DNA from: Candidatus Multivoradales bacterium
Lineage (GTDB): Bacteria; Acidobacteriota; Thermoanaerobaculia; Multivoradales; JAHEKO01
Reading direction: 5' to 3'
Assembly: GCA_965223155.1 (NCBI GenBank)
Contig: CBDCVR010000015.1
Coordinates: 64,001-128,000 of the forward strand
DNA length: 64,000 nt
Made by a program: the position numbers and the translations under genes. The notes under the pieces are model-generated. The model was not told where the DNA came from. It saw only the letters and a program-made list of their open reading frames with translations, and ran no database searches. The first letter of the stretch is position 1, and each line of letters begins with the position of its first letter. Of the stretch, positions 8,951 to 19,014 are shown piece by piece.

Positions 8951-10951
8951 TTGGGCGCAGGCCGGCAGCAGAGCTCCGGACCCAAGGGCCGCGTCGTGGC
9001 GGCACTCGTAGGCGCCGCCTGCGCCCTGGCTCTGCTGACCGCGAGCTCGTCCGCGGCGCCGCTCTCGGCGGCCGGTCTGGAGCTCGAGGCGCCGGCCACG
9101 GTGCTGGCCGGCTCGGGGCTCGAGGCTACTCTCGGCACCGTCGAGTTCGCTCGAGGAGAACTTCCGGCGACTTTCTTGGTCGAGCTGGACGGTCACGAGA
9201 TCCGGAGGTTCGAAGCCTCGGGCGAGACCGAGGTTCTGTCCTTCGAGCCGAGCGAGCTCGCCCTCGGACCCGGCACCCATACCCTCGCCGTCCGCGCTCT
9301 CGGCCCCGGACTCGACGAGGTCCGAACCGAGCGGACCATTCGAGCAATCCCAGGCTGGCAATCGGTCATCCCGCCGCTAGTAGCGATCGGCCTCGCCCTC
9401 CTTTTCAAGGACGTGCTCCTGTCGCTCTTTCTGGGCATTTTCGCCGGGGCCCTGTTCCTCAACGGCTGGAACCCGGTAGCCGCCTTCGCCCGCTCCATCG
9501 ATCAGTTCATCGCTCCGTCGATGGCCGACCCGAATAACGCCTCGATCCTGCTCTTTACGACCTTGCTCGGCGGCATGGTCGGGATCATCTCGAAGAACGG
9601 CGGTACCCACGGCATCGTCGAGCGCCTGCGCGGCTACGCCACCAATGCCCGCCGGGGACAGCTCGCCACCTGGGTCATGGGCATCCTCATCTTCTTTGAC
9701 GACTACGCAAATACGCTGATCGTGGGCTCCACGATGCGACCGATCACGGACCGTCTCCGTATCAGCCGCGAGAAGCTCGCCTACATCGTGGACTCGACGG
9801 CCGCGCCCATCGCCAGCTTGATCCCGATCTCGACCTGGATCGGGTTCGAGGTCGGGCTGATCGCAGCCGCCTTCACCGCCCTGGAGCTGCCCTTCAACCC
9901 CTACCAAGCGTTCGTGGCTTCGATCCCGTTTCGCTTCTACCCGATCCTGGCCCTGGTCCTGGGCTTCACCATCGCGTTCACCTGCCGCGACTTCGGACCG
10001 ATGCTTCGAGCCGAGCGCCGAGCTTCCGACACCGGCGCTCTCGTCGGCGCGGATGACACGCCGCTGGCCGACTACGACAACGGCCAGTTGACGCCCCCGG
10101 AAGGCGCGCCGAGGCGGGCGGCGAACGCTCTCGTTCCAATCCTCACGGTCATCGGCGTCACCCTGGTGGGCCTCTACGCGACCGGTTCGGCGGGCCTGGT
10201 GCGGGGCGACTATCCAAACGCCTTCAAGTGGCTTCAGGATGTCTTCTCGAATGCCGACAGCTACCGATCGCTGCTCTGGGCCAGCCTCGCGGGCGCCGCG
10301 ATCGCCCTGGTGCTGTCGGTCGCCCAGCGCATCTTGACCGTTCGGGAGGCCACCGCGGCCATGGTTCAGGGGTTTCGTTCCATGCTGCTGGCGCTGGCGG
10401 TCCTGGTCCTGGCCTGGTCGCTGGGCAGCGTCTGCAAGGAGCTCCACACCGCCGACTACCTGGTGGATTTGTCGAGCGGCGTGATCTCGCCCTTCCTGCT
10501 GCCGGTGCTGATCTTCCTGCTTTCGGCGGGCACCTCCTTCGCGACCGGAACCTCGTGGGGAACGATGGGCATCTTGATGCCACTGGTCATCCCGATCGCC
10601 AACGGCCTGGCACTCGAAGTCGGCCTCACCCCCACCGACGACGCCTTCTACCTGCTGCTTCTGGGCACCATCTCGTCGGTCCTTGCGGGCAGCGTCTGGG
10701 GCGACCACTGCTCGCCCATCTCGGACACCACGATCCTTTCCAGCATGGCCTCGGGCTGCGACCACATCGCCCACGTACGAACCCAGGCTCCCTACGCCAT
10801 CGCCGCCGGAGTCGTGGCCATGCTGGTTGGCGACATCCCCGCGGCCTACGGCCTGTCGCCGTGGATCTCGCTCCTGCTGGGCTCGGCGCTCCTCGTCGGC
10901 TTGGTGCTCTGGCGCGGCAAGCCAAGCGCCTGGCAGGCCGGCCGCAAGTGA
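8951..10951 (+). CDS. Na+/H+ antiporter NhaC family protein with an N-terminal extracytoplasmic domain
   Basis: FFDDYAN, SREKLAYIVDSTAAP, TGTSWGTMGI, GDHCSPISDTT. Signal-peptide-like start. Confidence 0.88.
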   Translation: MGAGRQQSSGPKGRVVAALVGAACALALLTASSSAAPLSAAGLELEAPATVLAGSGLEATLGTVEFARGELPATFLVELDGHEIRRFEASGETEVLSFEPSELALGPGTHTLAVRALGPGLDEVRTERTIRAIPGWQSVIPPLVAIGLALLFKDVLLSLFLGIFAGALFLNGWNPVAAFARSIDQFIAPSMADPNNASILLFTTLLGGMVGIISKNGGTHGIVERLRGYATNARRGQLATWVMGILIFFDDYANTLIVGSTMRPITDRLRISREKLAYIVDSTAAPIASLIPISTWIGFEVGLIAAAFTALELPFNPYQAFVASIPFRFYPILALVLGFTIAFTCRDFGPMLRAERRASDTGALVGADDTPLADYDNGQLTPPEGAPRRAANALVPILTVIGVTLVGLYATGSAGLVRGDYPNAFKWLQDVFSNADSYRSLLWASLAGAAIALVLSVAQRILTVREATAAMVQGFRSMLLALAVLVLAWSLGSVCKELHTADYLVDLSSGVISPFLLPVLIFLLSAGTSFATGTSWGTMGILMPLVIPIANGLALEVGLTPTDDAFYLLLLGTISSVLAGSVWGDHCSPISDTTILSSMASGCDHIAHVRTQAPYAIAAGVVAMLVGDIPAAYGLSPWISLLLGSALLVGLVLWRGKPSAWQAGRK

Positions 10952-11310
10952 CGGATCGCCGGAGCGCTCCCGGCGGTCCGGACTCCGAGCCGGACACGGT
11001 CGAGCTGCCCGTCGGCGACGTCCTGGATCTTCACAGCTTTCCACCGCGCGAGGTGTCGGATCTCGTCCAGCACTATCTCGACTGCGCGTTCGACGAGGGG
11101 CTGAGCGGCGTTCGCATCGTCCATGGCAAAGGCATGGGCGTCCAGCGCTCGATCGTGCGTAAGCTCCTGGAACGGCATCCGCGGGTCGAGGCCTATGGCG
11201 ACGCTCCGCTCGAAGCCGGCGGCTGGGGCGCTACCTGGGTCCGGTTCCACTCCCGCCCGGACCGAACCGAAGAGGGCCGCGCCGGCAACTTCAGCGCTCC
11301 GAACGCGTAG
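10948..11310 (+). CDS. Stand-alone Smr/MutS-related domain protein
   Basis: LDLHSF, IVHGKG, GGWGATWV. The GTG start overlaps the upstream TGA (GTGA). Confidence 0.88.
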   Translation: MTDRRSAPGGPDSEPDTVELPVGDVLDLHSFPPREVSDLVQHYLDCAFDEGLSGVRIVHGKGMGVQRSIVRKLLERHPRVEAYGDAPLEAGGWGATWVRFHSRPDRTEEGRAGNFSAPNA

Positions 11311-11324
11311 CTTCCAACAGAGCC

Positions 11325-12461
11325 ATGAAACGAGTCCGCCGATACGTCAACCAGGCCCGGTCTTTCGCCCGCTCCTACACCGCGGGCCTCAACGTCCGCG
11401 ACGTCAGCAGGTTGATCGGAGAGGACGCCAGCCACGCCTACCGGGTGCTGAGTCGGGATCAGGACGACACGGCCGCGGGACGCAACCGCGTCGGCCGCTT
11501 CCTCCAGCACTGCCGCATTCTCTTCGTCGGCATCTCCAAGAAGCTGAGTCCCGCCCGGCGCCTGGTGTTCTTGCTGGCCGTCATCGCGACGCTCTTGGGC
11601 ATCCTGGGCGGCAAATCGCTGGAGATCGGCGGCTCCGGCTTCGAAGTCTCGGTCGGCACGTCCACCTTCTATCTCATGACCGGACTCGCCGGATTCGCGT
11701 TCCTGTTCGTGCTCGAGCTCGTGGATCGCATCCGGGTGCGCGACGAGCTGGAGGTGGCTCGCGAGCTCCAGGCCGATCTGCTGCCCGACAGCGCGCCGAA
11801 CGTGCCCGGCTACTCGTTCGCGCACTCCTATCGGACCGCCAACGAGGTCGGCGGGGATTACTACGACTTCTCCAGCCTGCCCGACGGCCGGGTGGCGATC
11901 ATCCTGGGCGACGCCAGCGGCCACGGCATCGCTGCCGGTCTCCTCATGGCGATCTCCAATGCCACGCTCAAGACCGCGCTCGAGGTGGACCCTCGCCCCA
12001 ACCAGGTCGCGCAGCTCTTGAACTCGACCCTGTACCGGACCGGCGACCGGCGAGCCTTCATGACCTTTTTCTACGCCCTGTTGGAGCCAGCCACCGGCAT
12101 CCTCGAGTACGTCTGCGCGGGCCATCCCTTTCCGATGGTCGTGACCCGGTCCGGCGACGTCTTGGAGCTGGGAGAGGGGGCCCTGCCGCTCGGTATGCGC
12201 GCCGAAGTCGACCTGCCGGTCGGTTCGTTTCAGCTCTCGCCGGGCGAATCGATGCTCCTTTTTACCGACGGCCTGCCCGAGGCGATGAGTTCGTCGGAGG
12301 AGTCCTTCGGCTTCTCACGCCTGCGCACCCTGCTGACGCCCGAAGACCGGGCTCAAGACCTCCATGACCGGGTCTTGACCGCCTTCCAGGAACACATCGG
12401 CGGCGCCGATCTGCCGGACGACGTGACGCTTCTGGCCGTCGCCCGCGCGGCGAGCTCTTAG
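11325..12461 (+). CDS. Membrane-anchored PP2C/SpoIIE (RsbU-like) Ser/Thr phosphatase
   Basis: EVGGDYYD, GDASGHG, AGHP, FTDGL, DDVT. Two TM segments N-terminal to the domain. Confidence 0.9.
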   Translation: MKRVRRYVNQARSFARSYTAGLNVRDVSRLIGEDASHAYRVLSRDQDDTAAGRNRVGRFLQHCRILFVGISKKLSPARRLVFLLAVIATLLGILGGKSLEIGGSGFEVSVGTSTFYLMTGLAGFAFLFVLELVDRIRVRDELEVARELQADLLPDSAPNVPGYSFAHSYRTANEVGGDYYDFSSLPDGRVAIILGDASGHGIAAGLLMAISNATLKTALEVDPRPNQVAQLLNSTLYRTGDRRAFMTFFYALLEPATGILEYVCAGHPFPMVVTRSGDVLELGEGALPLGMRAEVDLPVGSFQLSPGESMLLFTDGLPEAMSSSEESFGFSRLRTLLTPEDRAQDLHDRVLTAFQEHIGGADLPDDVTLLAVARAASS

Positions 12462-12538
12462 TCCGCCCGTCTCGGCGGAACCGATCCGGAGTCCGGCGGA
12501 GGCCTGACTCCGTCCTGGAGGTCGATGCCTGAAGGCCC

Positions 12539-13993
12539 CTAGGTCCGCTCGACCACCATGGCGAAGCCGACGCCGCCCGCCGCGCACACCGTCATCAGGC
12601 CCAGGTTGAGACCGCGCCGCTTGAGCTCGTTCAAGAGCTGCATCGTGACCCGGGCGCCGGTGGCGCCAAAGGGATGCCCGATCGAGATCGAGCCGCCGTT
12701 GACGTTGAACGTCTCGAAGTCGATCTCGCCCAGGGGCCGGCTCGAGCCCAGCTCGTCGCGAGCGAACTTGGGGGACGCGAAGGCCTTCATGTTGGACAGG
12801 ATCTGCGCGGCGAAGGCCTCGTGCATCTCGACCAGGTCCATGTCCCGCAGGGTAAGACCGGCCCGTTCGAGGGCCAGAGGCGCGGCGTAGGCCGGGCCTT
12901 GCAGGAGCTGGCTCGCCGGATCCAAAGAAGCGTAGGCCCACGAACGAACATAGCCCAAGGGCTCGTAGCCATCCGCCTTGACCTTGTCCTCGGTCATCAG
13001 CAGAACCGCCGCGCCTCCGTCGGTCAACGGACTGGAATTGCCCGCCGTCAGCGTGCCGTAGCGCCTGTCGAACACCGGCCGCAAGCCGGCCAGGGCTTCG
13101 AGCGAGCTATCCGAGCGCACGCCGTTGTCGGCCGTGACCGCATCATCGTGCTTGGGCGCCGGGAAGACGGGCACGATCTGACCGTCGAAGCGCCCTTCGG
13201 CGGTGGCGGCGGCCGCGCGTTCGTGCGACATCAGCGCGATCTCGTCCTGAGCCCGTCGAGAGATGTCGTTCTCCTTGGCCATCTTCTCGCACGACTGCCC
13301 CATGGACTGGCCGGTGGTGTATTCAGCGATGGCCGGCGGCACCGGCACGAGATCCTTCGGGCGAACCGACGACAAGACGCCCAGCCGCTGCCCCAGGGAC
13401 TTGGCCTTGCTCAGCGCCATCAACTTCCGGGCCGCCGACTTCGAGTACTGGATCGGAACGTTGGTGAGCGATTCGGCGCCGCCGGCCAGCGCCACCGAGC
13501 ATTGCCCGGTCAGGAGCGCCTCGGCCGCCGAGGTGATCGCCCGGTTCGAGGACGCACAGGCCAGGTTGACCGTGGTTCCCGGTACTTGCATCGGCAGCGA
13601 AGCCCGGAAGACGACCTCCCGGCCCAGGTTGGGAGCGTGCAGCGCCTGCACGACAACGCCGAAAATCGACAGGCCGACGTCGTCCGGGTCCACGCCCGAG
13701 CGGCTCACCAGCTCGGCCGCCGGCAGACTCGCGAGGTCGATGACGTCCAGATCCCGAAACACGGTTCCCGACTTGCAGAAAGGCGTCCGGCACGCGTCCA
13801 CGATCGCCACCCGGCCGCCCTCGCCGCGCACCGACTTGCTGACCACGCGGGCGATCGCGGGAGCCTGCCCCTCGCCCCGGGTCCACACGGTGTCGGCCCG
13901 CCCCGAGATCTCCTGGCGGGCCGACGCCTCGTTCGGCCCCGGAAAGTTCACCGTCGCCGGCTCGCGGTTGGTCTCTCGAATCTCGTCCATCAT
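12539..13993 (-). CDS. fadI: Acetyl-CoA C-acyltransferase (FadI-like thiolase)
   Basis: RTPF, NLACASS, MHEAFA, GGSISIGHPFGATG, CAAGG. RBS GAGGAG and TATGAT upstream. Confidence 0.85.
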   Translation of the reverse strand: MMDEIRETNREPATVNFPGPNEASARQEISGRADTVWTRGEGQAPAIARVVSKSVRGEGGRVAIVDACRTPFCKSGTVFRDLDVIDLASLPAAELVSRSGVDPDDVGLSIFGVVVQALHAPNLGREVVFRASLPMQVPGTTVNLACASSNRAITSAAEALLTGQCSVALAGGAESLTNVPIQYSKSAARKLMALSKAKSLGQRLGVLSSVRPKDLVPVPPAIAEYTTGQSMGQSCEKMAKENDISRRAQDEIALMSHERAAAATAEGRFDGQIVPVFPAPKHDDAVTADNGVRSDSSLEALAGLRPVFDRRYGTLTAGNSSPLTDGGAAVLLMTEDKVKADGYEPLGYVRSWAYASLDPASQLLQGPAYAAPLALERAGLTLRDMDLVEMHEAFAAQILSNMKAFASPKFARDELGSSRPLGEIDFETFNVNGGSISIGHPFGATGARVTMQLLNELKRRGLNLGLMTVCAAGGVGFAMVVERT

Positions 13994-14107
13994 GCTGGAA
14001 TCTCCTCGCGGCTACCCGGCGCGATTCACGTCGCCGGCCGGACGGCGATCATATCCGGTGTGCCCGGGGCTCAGGCACGCGCCCGGCACCCGGCGAAAGC
14101 GCGGCGG

Positions 14108-14128
14108 CGGCACGATTCCTGCTACCTT
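14108..14128 (+). promoter_or_regulatory. Candidate promoter for the M48 peptidase (sigma54-like -24/-12, or extended -10)
   Basis: CGGCACGATTCCTGCT has GG-N10-GC spacing. It overlaps TG-C-TACCTT, which ends 8 nt before the ATG. Confidence 0.45.
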
Positions 14129-14136
14129 CGAGAGCG

Positions 14137-15855
14137 ATGCTGCGAACCGCTTCAGCCTGGATTCTGCTTGCCGTGCTGGCCTTTCCCGCCGCCGGTACCG
14201 CCACCAGCTCCACCAGCGAAGTTCTCAACGCGGACGTCTTCGCAAAGAGCGCTGAAGCGGCACGCCAGGCCGCCGCCTTCTATGGTTTGCACGAGGATCC
14301 CGAGGAGAGCGAGCGAGTGGCCCGCATCGGCTACGAGGTGGCCCAGCAGAGCCGGTTCGACGACTACCCCTTCAGCTTCTACCTTGTGGACATGCCGGTA
14401 CCGAACGCCTTCGCCCTGCCGGGCGGCCAGATCTTCGTCACCCGGGGCATGCTCGACTTGGGACTTTCGGACGACATGCTGGCGGGCCTCTTGGGCCACG
14501 AGATCGGCCACGTGACTCTTCAGCACGGCATGAAGATGCAGCGGCGAGCGACCCTGCTCAACGTTCTCAGCCAGGCGCTCCTCGTAGGCGTCCTGGTCTC
14601 GACCCGCGGCGACTCGGATCCAGGCCCGGCACCGCCGGGCTACGATCCCAACGGACCCAGCGGCGGCGACCGGGTGATGGGAGCCGCGGCCGCCGGCCTG
14701 GTGGTCTCCGAGCTCCTGCTCAGAAGCTATAGCCGGGAGTTCGAAGACCAGGCCGACGACGAAGGCCTGCGGCTGGCGGCCGCCGCGGGCTATGACCCCG
14801 ACGGCTTCGAGAAGCTCATGACCCTCATGAACGTCCGCCTGCCGCAGTCCAAAGAGTTCGGCTACTGGCGCACGCACCCCTTCTTCGACAGCCGCGTCCG
14901 GGCCGCCGCCGTCCGCAAGGAGCTGCTCAAGGTCCAGGAACCCGAGGCCGCGGACGAGTTTCGCCGTGCGACCCAGGATCGCCTGCTTGCCCTGGCCGAA
15001 GCCCGTGGACACTCCGACGAGCTCGTCCAGTTTCTGGAGGACAGCGCCGTCGGCACGTGGCCGCGCGGGCGCAAGGCCAACGCGATCCGCATCGAGCGCC
15101 TACACGAGCGGCGTGACCGGGAGCTCGACCGCAACCGGCTGATGATCGACTACGGCGACCTCATCGGCAGATACCAGAGCGAGGTCGAGCGGGCGCGCGT
15201 CCTCGACCCGGATTCGGTCTTCGAGAACGAGCTACGAAGCGAGATCGAGGACTTTCGCACGGCTCTCGAGGCCAACTATCCGGACGCGGTGACGGTCTTC
15301 GAGCGGGGCGTCTTCGAGACCGAATTCCTGGAGGTCTTCGCCAGCAACTTTCCGGAGTCTCCGCAGTTTCCGGAGGTGGCCCTGGCCCTGGGCGAGTCCT
15401 ACGCCCGTCTCGGACGGACCGAGCAGGCGGTCGAGAGGTTCGTAGCCGCATGGCGGGCGGGTCCCGAAACCCCGGCCGGGCAGAAAGCCGAGCGGGGACT
15501 CGCGGCCCTGGCGCCCACGCTGGACGGACTCGGCGCCCTGCAGGAGCTGGCCGACCAGGACGCCAACGCCGAGATCCGGGATCTGGCCCGCGGCCGTCTG
15601 GCGGCCGTGATCGCCGGCTTCGAGGATCTCGACAACGGCGCCTCGTACCTCAAGGACTACCCCGAGAGCGAGCATCGCGACAAGGTCAACCAGCGCCTGG
15701 ACGAGCTGGCCGAGAACCTATACGCGGAGGCGATCCTCTACCAGCAGCTTGGCGATCACACAAAGGCTCAGGACCGGATTCAGCAGATCCTGAATCACGC
15801 GCCCCTGTCGAACGCCGCTGCCCGCCTGCGGACGAGCGCGGTTCTGGACAGCTGA
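14137..15855 (+). CDS. Secreted M48 family zinc metallopeptidase (BepA/YfgC-like) with a helical TPR-like C-terminus
   Basis: Signal peptide, NAFALPGG, GHEIGHV (HExxH), YSREFEDQAD, THP. Confidence 0.88.
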   Translation: MLRTASAWILLAVLAFPAAGTATSSTSEVLNADVFAKSAEAARQAAAFYGLHEDPEESERVARIGYEVAQQSRFDDYPFSFYLVDMPVPNAFALPGGQIFVTRGMLDLGLSDDMLAGLLGHEIGHVTLQHGMKMQRRATLLNVLSQALLVGVLVSTRGDSDPGPAPPGYDPNGPSGGDRVMGAAAAGLVVSELLLRSYSREFEDQADDEGLRLAAAAGYDPDGFEKLMTLMNVRLPQSKEFGYWRTHPFFDSRVRAAAVRKELLKVQEPEAADEFRRATQDRLLALAEARGHSDELVQFLEDSAVGTWPRGRKANAIRIERLHERRDRELDRNRLMIDYGDLIGRYQSEVERARVLDPDSVFENELRSEIEDFRTALEANYPDAVTVFERGVFETEFLEVFASNFPESPQFPEVALALGESYARLGRTEQAVERFVAAWRAGPETPAGQKAERGLAALAPTLDGLGALQELADQDANAEIRDLARGRLAAVIAGFEDLDNGASYLKDYPESEHRDKVNQRLDELAENLYAEAILYQQLGDHTKAQDRIQQILNHAPLSNAAARLRTSAVLDS

Positions 15856-16045
15856 GAGCGGCTGGCCGGCCGCGGGCTTTTGTCCGATCGCGAACCGTCG
15901 GCACGCTCGACCTTCGATGCGCGGCGCCCCGCTGGTCAGGCGGGCGGTCCTTCCGGGTCCCGGCGACCTCGCGACAGCGGCCACGGCCGGCCGGCGGACA
16001 CTCGCAATAGGACCGTAACGGGCACCGCAAGCCGCTCGCCCGGCC

Positions 16046-16074
16046 TTGGCGCGACCTGCCTGCGCTGGTACCAT
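16046..16074 (+). promoter_or_regulatory. Sigma70-type promoter for the TonB-dependent receptor
   Basis: TTGGCG-N17-TACCAT with an extended TG. Confidence 0.5.
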
Positions 16075-16154
16075 CCGGAGCAGATTTTCGAGCCGGCACG
16101 CTCGCGCCCATCCGGGCGCCAAGGCGGCACTGTAGGAACGGAGGATTTCCCACG

Positions 16155-18290
16155 ATGAGAGACCTGACACGCTACCCGGGCCTATTGGTCCTCGCTCTCG
16201 GCATGTGCCTGTCGCCCGCCTTCGCCCAGGAGGGCGAGAGCGACGACATGGAACAGGTCGAAGACGTCATTGTCGTTACCGCGTCCAGAACCGAGCAACG
16301 CCTGCACGAGGTGCCGGCGGCGATCTCGGTCTTGACCTCCGAGCAGATCGAGCAGATCCCGGCCGACGACTATGGCGATTTCCTCCGCAATGTCCCCGGC
16401 TTGAACGTCTCCCAGATGAGCGCCCGAGACATCGTCATCACCGGCCGCGGCGCCACCAACAGCCTAGCGGCGAGCGAGCTGGTCTTGCTCGACAACCGCA
16501 CCCTCTATCTGGATTTCTTCGGCTTCGTCATGTGGGACTTCGTGCCCCTCGACACCAAGGAGATCAAGCAGATCGAGGTCGTGCGCGGACCGGGCAGCGC
16601 GGTGTGGGGCGCCAACGCCATGAGCGGCGTCATCAACCTCATCACCAAGAAGCCCCAGGAGATGCAGGGCACCAGCCTGACGCTGGGCGGCGGCGACTTC
16701 GGCACCGGCTACGCCTCGATCACGCACGCCGGCGTGGGCTCGGGCGGCAACCTGGGCTATAAGTTCTCGGCCAGCTACTACGAGCAGGACCCCTATGATC
16801 GGCCCACCGGAGTCATCCCGGGCAGCCAGGGGCCGACCAACCCGACCGGGACGCCGTACCCGCCTTTCGAGAACAAGGGAACCCAGCAGCCCAAGGTCAA
16901 CTTCCGCGTCGACAAGGACAGCGCCTCGGGTGAGTCCGCCTGGACGTTCTCGGGCGGCCACGCCTCGACCGACGGCATCATCCACACCGGTCTCGGCCCG
17001 TTCGACATCGACAGCGGCTCCTTGATGAACTTCCTCAAGGCGGACTGGACCAAGCGGGCCCAGCGCGTCACGTTCTTTATCAACCAGCTTGACGGCGACG
17101 CCCAGAATTTGCTGACCCGGGGCCTCGACGGCCAGCCGCTCAACTTCGAGTTCCAGAGCGACACCTACAACCTGGACTACAGCAATACCAAGGTCGCGGG
17201 CACCAAGAACATCATCTCCTACGGCGCGACCGCCCGGCAGAACGACTTCGACCTGTCGATCGCGCCCAGCGGCGACAGCCGCCAGGAGTACGGCTTCTAC
17301 CTCCAGGACGAGATCCTCTTCAACGACAAGGTGCGCTGGCTGATCGGCGCGAGGTGGGACAACATCGACCCCATCGACTCGGTGGTGTCGCCGCGGACCA
17401 GCCTGCTGATCGCGCCCAAGCCCAACCACACCTTGCGGTTCTCGTTCAATCGGGCCTTCCGGGCGCCGTCGATGATCAACAACTTCCTGGACGTGACCAT
17501 CTTCAACGCCGCCGTGCTGCCGCCGATCCCGCAAGCCGGCCTGTTTACCCCGACCGCGGTCTTCTTCCCCGCCCGGGCGTTGGGCAACCCGCTGACCACC
17601 GAGGAGAGGCTGGACGCGGTCGAGGCCGGCTACGTCGGCACCTTCGGCCGCAACACGTTCACGCTCTCGATCTACGAGAACGAGACCAGCGATTCGATCG
17701 ACTTCTACACCGCCGCAAACCACACGAGCTCGCAGTTCTTCATCACCAACCCGCCTATCCCCGGGCCGGTGCTCGACTTCCTGCTGGCCACAGCGCTACG
17801 AGACGCCTTCCCCGCGCTCTTCTCGTACCGAAACATCGGTGAGACCGTGGATCGGGGCCTCGAGCTCAGCTTCAACGCCAATCCGAACAACAACTGGTCC
17901 TGGTTCTTCAACTACTCCTACCAGGACGAGCCCGAGGTCAGCGGCATCGACCAGGTCGTCCTGCCGAACGGAACCCTCCGCGACGGCGTGAATTCTCCAC
18001 CGGAGCACCGGGTCAACCTCGGTATCGCTTTCGACAACGGCAACTGGTTCGTCAACTCCAACGCCAACTACGTTGACGACGCGTTCTGGACCGACGTTCT
18101 GGACGCCCGCTTCTGGGGGCCGACCGAGGCCTTCACCCAGATCAATCTGGGAATCGGCGTGCGCTGGGGTGGCGACAAGGGCACCTTCTCGATCAACGCC
18201 CAGAACCTCCTTGAAGAGGACGTGCAGCAGCACGTCTTCGGCGACCTGATCGACCGGAAGATCACCGGCCAGTTGATCTTCCGCTTCTAG
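16155..18290 (+). CDS. TonB-dependent outer membrane receptor
   Basis: Signal peptide, IVVTASR, plug motif IEVVRGPGSAVWGANAMSGVINLITK, C-terminal Phe. RBS GGAGG. Confidence 0.93.
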   Translation: MRDLTRYPGLLVLALGMCLSPAFAQEGESDDMEQVEDVIVVTASRTEQRLHEVPAAISVLTSEQIEQIPADDYGDFLRNVPGLNVSQMSARDIVITGRGATNSLAASELVLLDNRTLYLDFFGFVMWDFVPLDTKEIKQIEVVRGPGSAVWGANAMSGVINLITKKPQEMQGTSLTLGGGDFGTGYASITHAGVGSGGNLGYKFSASYYEQDPYDRPTGVIPGSQGPTNPTGTPYPPFENKGTQQPKVNFRVDKDSASGESAWTFSGGHASTDGIIHTGLGPFDIDSGSLMNFLKADWTKRAQRVTFFINQLDGDAQNLLTRGLDGQPLNFEFQSDTYNLDYSNTKVAGTKNIISYGATARQNDFDLSIAPSGDSRQEYGFYLQDEILFNDKVRWLIGARWDNIDPIDSVVSPRTSLLIAPKPNHTLRFSFNRAFRAPSMINNFLDVTIFNAAVLPPIPQAGLFTPTAVFFPARALGNPLTTEERLDAVEAGYVGTFGRNTFTLSIYENETSDSIDFYTAANHTSSQFFITNPPIPGPVLDFLLATALRDAFPALFSYRNIGETVDRGLELSFNANPNNNWSWFFNYSYQDEPEVSGIDQVVLPNGTLRDGVNSPPEHRVNLGIAFDNGNWFVNSNANYVDDAFWTDVLDARFWGPTEAFTQINLGIGVRWGGDKGTFSINAQNLLEEDVQQHVFGDLIDRKITGQLIFRF

Positions 18291-18306
18291 CGTTTTCTCC
18301 GGAGCC

Positions 18307-18339
18307 GGCCGGGGCCTTCGCGGCCCCGGCCCCTCCTTT
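18307..18339 (+). terminator. Hairpin after the TonB-dependent receptor
   Basis: GGCCGGGGCC-TTCGC-GGCCCCGGCC perfect 10-bp stem with only a weak pyrimidine tail. Confidence 0.55.
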
Positions 18340-18340
18340 C

Positions 18341-19003
18341 GTGTCCCGACCGACCGCCACCGCTGAATCGTTCACCCGGTCTTCGGTGGCAATCGCGCGC
18401 ATCCCGCTCGCGCTGAAACTCGGCTACACGCTCTGGGCCGTGGTGTGGTTCGCAGTCTACTACCGGCTCTACGGGCCGGGACACTTTCTCTGGATCTGCG
18501 ACTTCGCCAACCTCGTGCTGTGCGTCGCGCTGTGGCTGGAAAGCCCGGTCCTCATCGCCTCCCAGGCGGTCGGTGTTCTGCTCATCCAGCTCCTCTGGAA
18601 TCTGGACGTGGCGGTGCGCCTGGTCGCGGGCTTCCATCCCATCGGTGGCACCGAGTACATGTTCAACGCCGGCACCTCGCTGGGCCTGCGCAGCCTGTCT
18701 CTCTTTCACACCTTCGTGCCGCTGATCCTGCTCTGGGCGATCTGGAGGCTGGGCTACGACCGGCGCGGCTGGAAGCTCCAGACGCTGATCGTCTGGTTCC
18801 TGATCCCGGCGAGCTACCTCTGGACCGCCCCGGAAGCCAACATCAACTGGCTCGTCCGCCCCTTCGGCGTGCCTCAGACCCTGATGCCGCCACCTCTCTT
18901 CGTCCTGGTCGTCATGCTCGCGGTCCCGATCATCGGCCACCTGCCAACGCACTGGGTCCTGCTGAGGGCCGCCCGCCGCTGGGGTCGAGGCGTTCTGAAC
19001 TAG
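18341..19003 (+). CDS. Integral membrane protein of unknown function
   Basis: About 6 hydrophobic segments with conserved-looking motifs FLWICD, GGTEYMF, SLFH, NINW. Confidence 0.7.
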   Translation: MSRPTATAESFTRSSVAIARIPLALKLGYTLWAVVWFAVYYRLYGPGHFLWICDFANLVLCVALWLESPVLIASQAVGVLLIQLLWNLDVAVRLVAGFHPIGGTEYMFNAGTSLGLRSLSLFHTFVPLILLWAIWRLGYDRRGWKLQTLIVWFLIPASYLWTAPEANINWLVRPFGVPQTLMPPPLFVLVVMLAVPIIGHLPTHWVLLRAARRWGRGVLN

Positions 19004-19014
19004 AGGCTCGAGCC

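Noticed and set aside
15856-16154. Cobalamin or other riboswitch before the TonB-dependent receptor
   Set aside because: No GGGAA/GCCACTG B12-box or other recognisable aptamer core.
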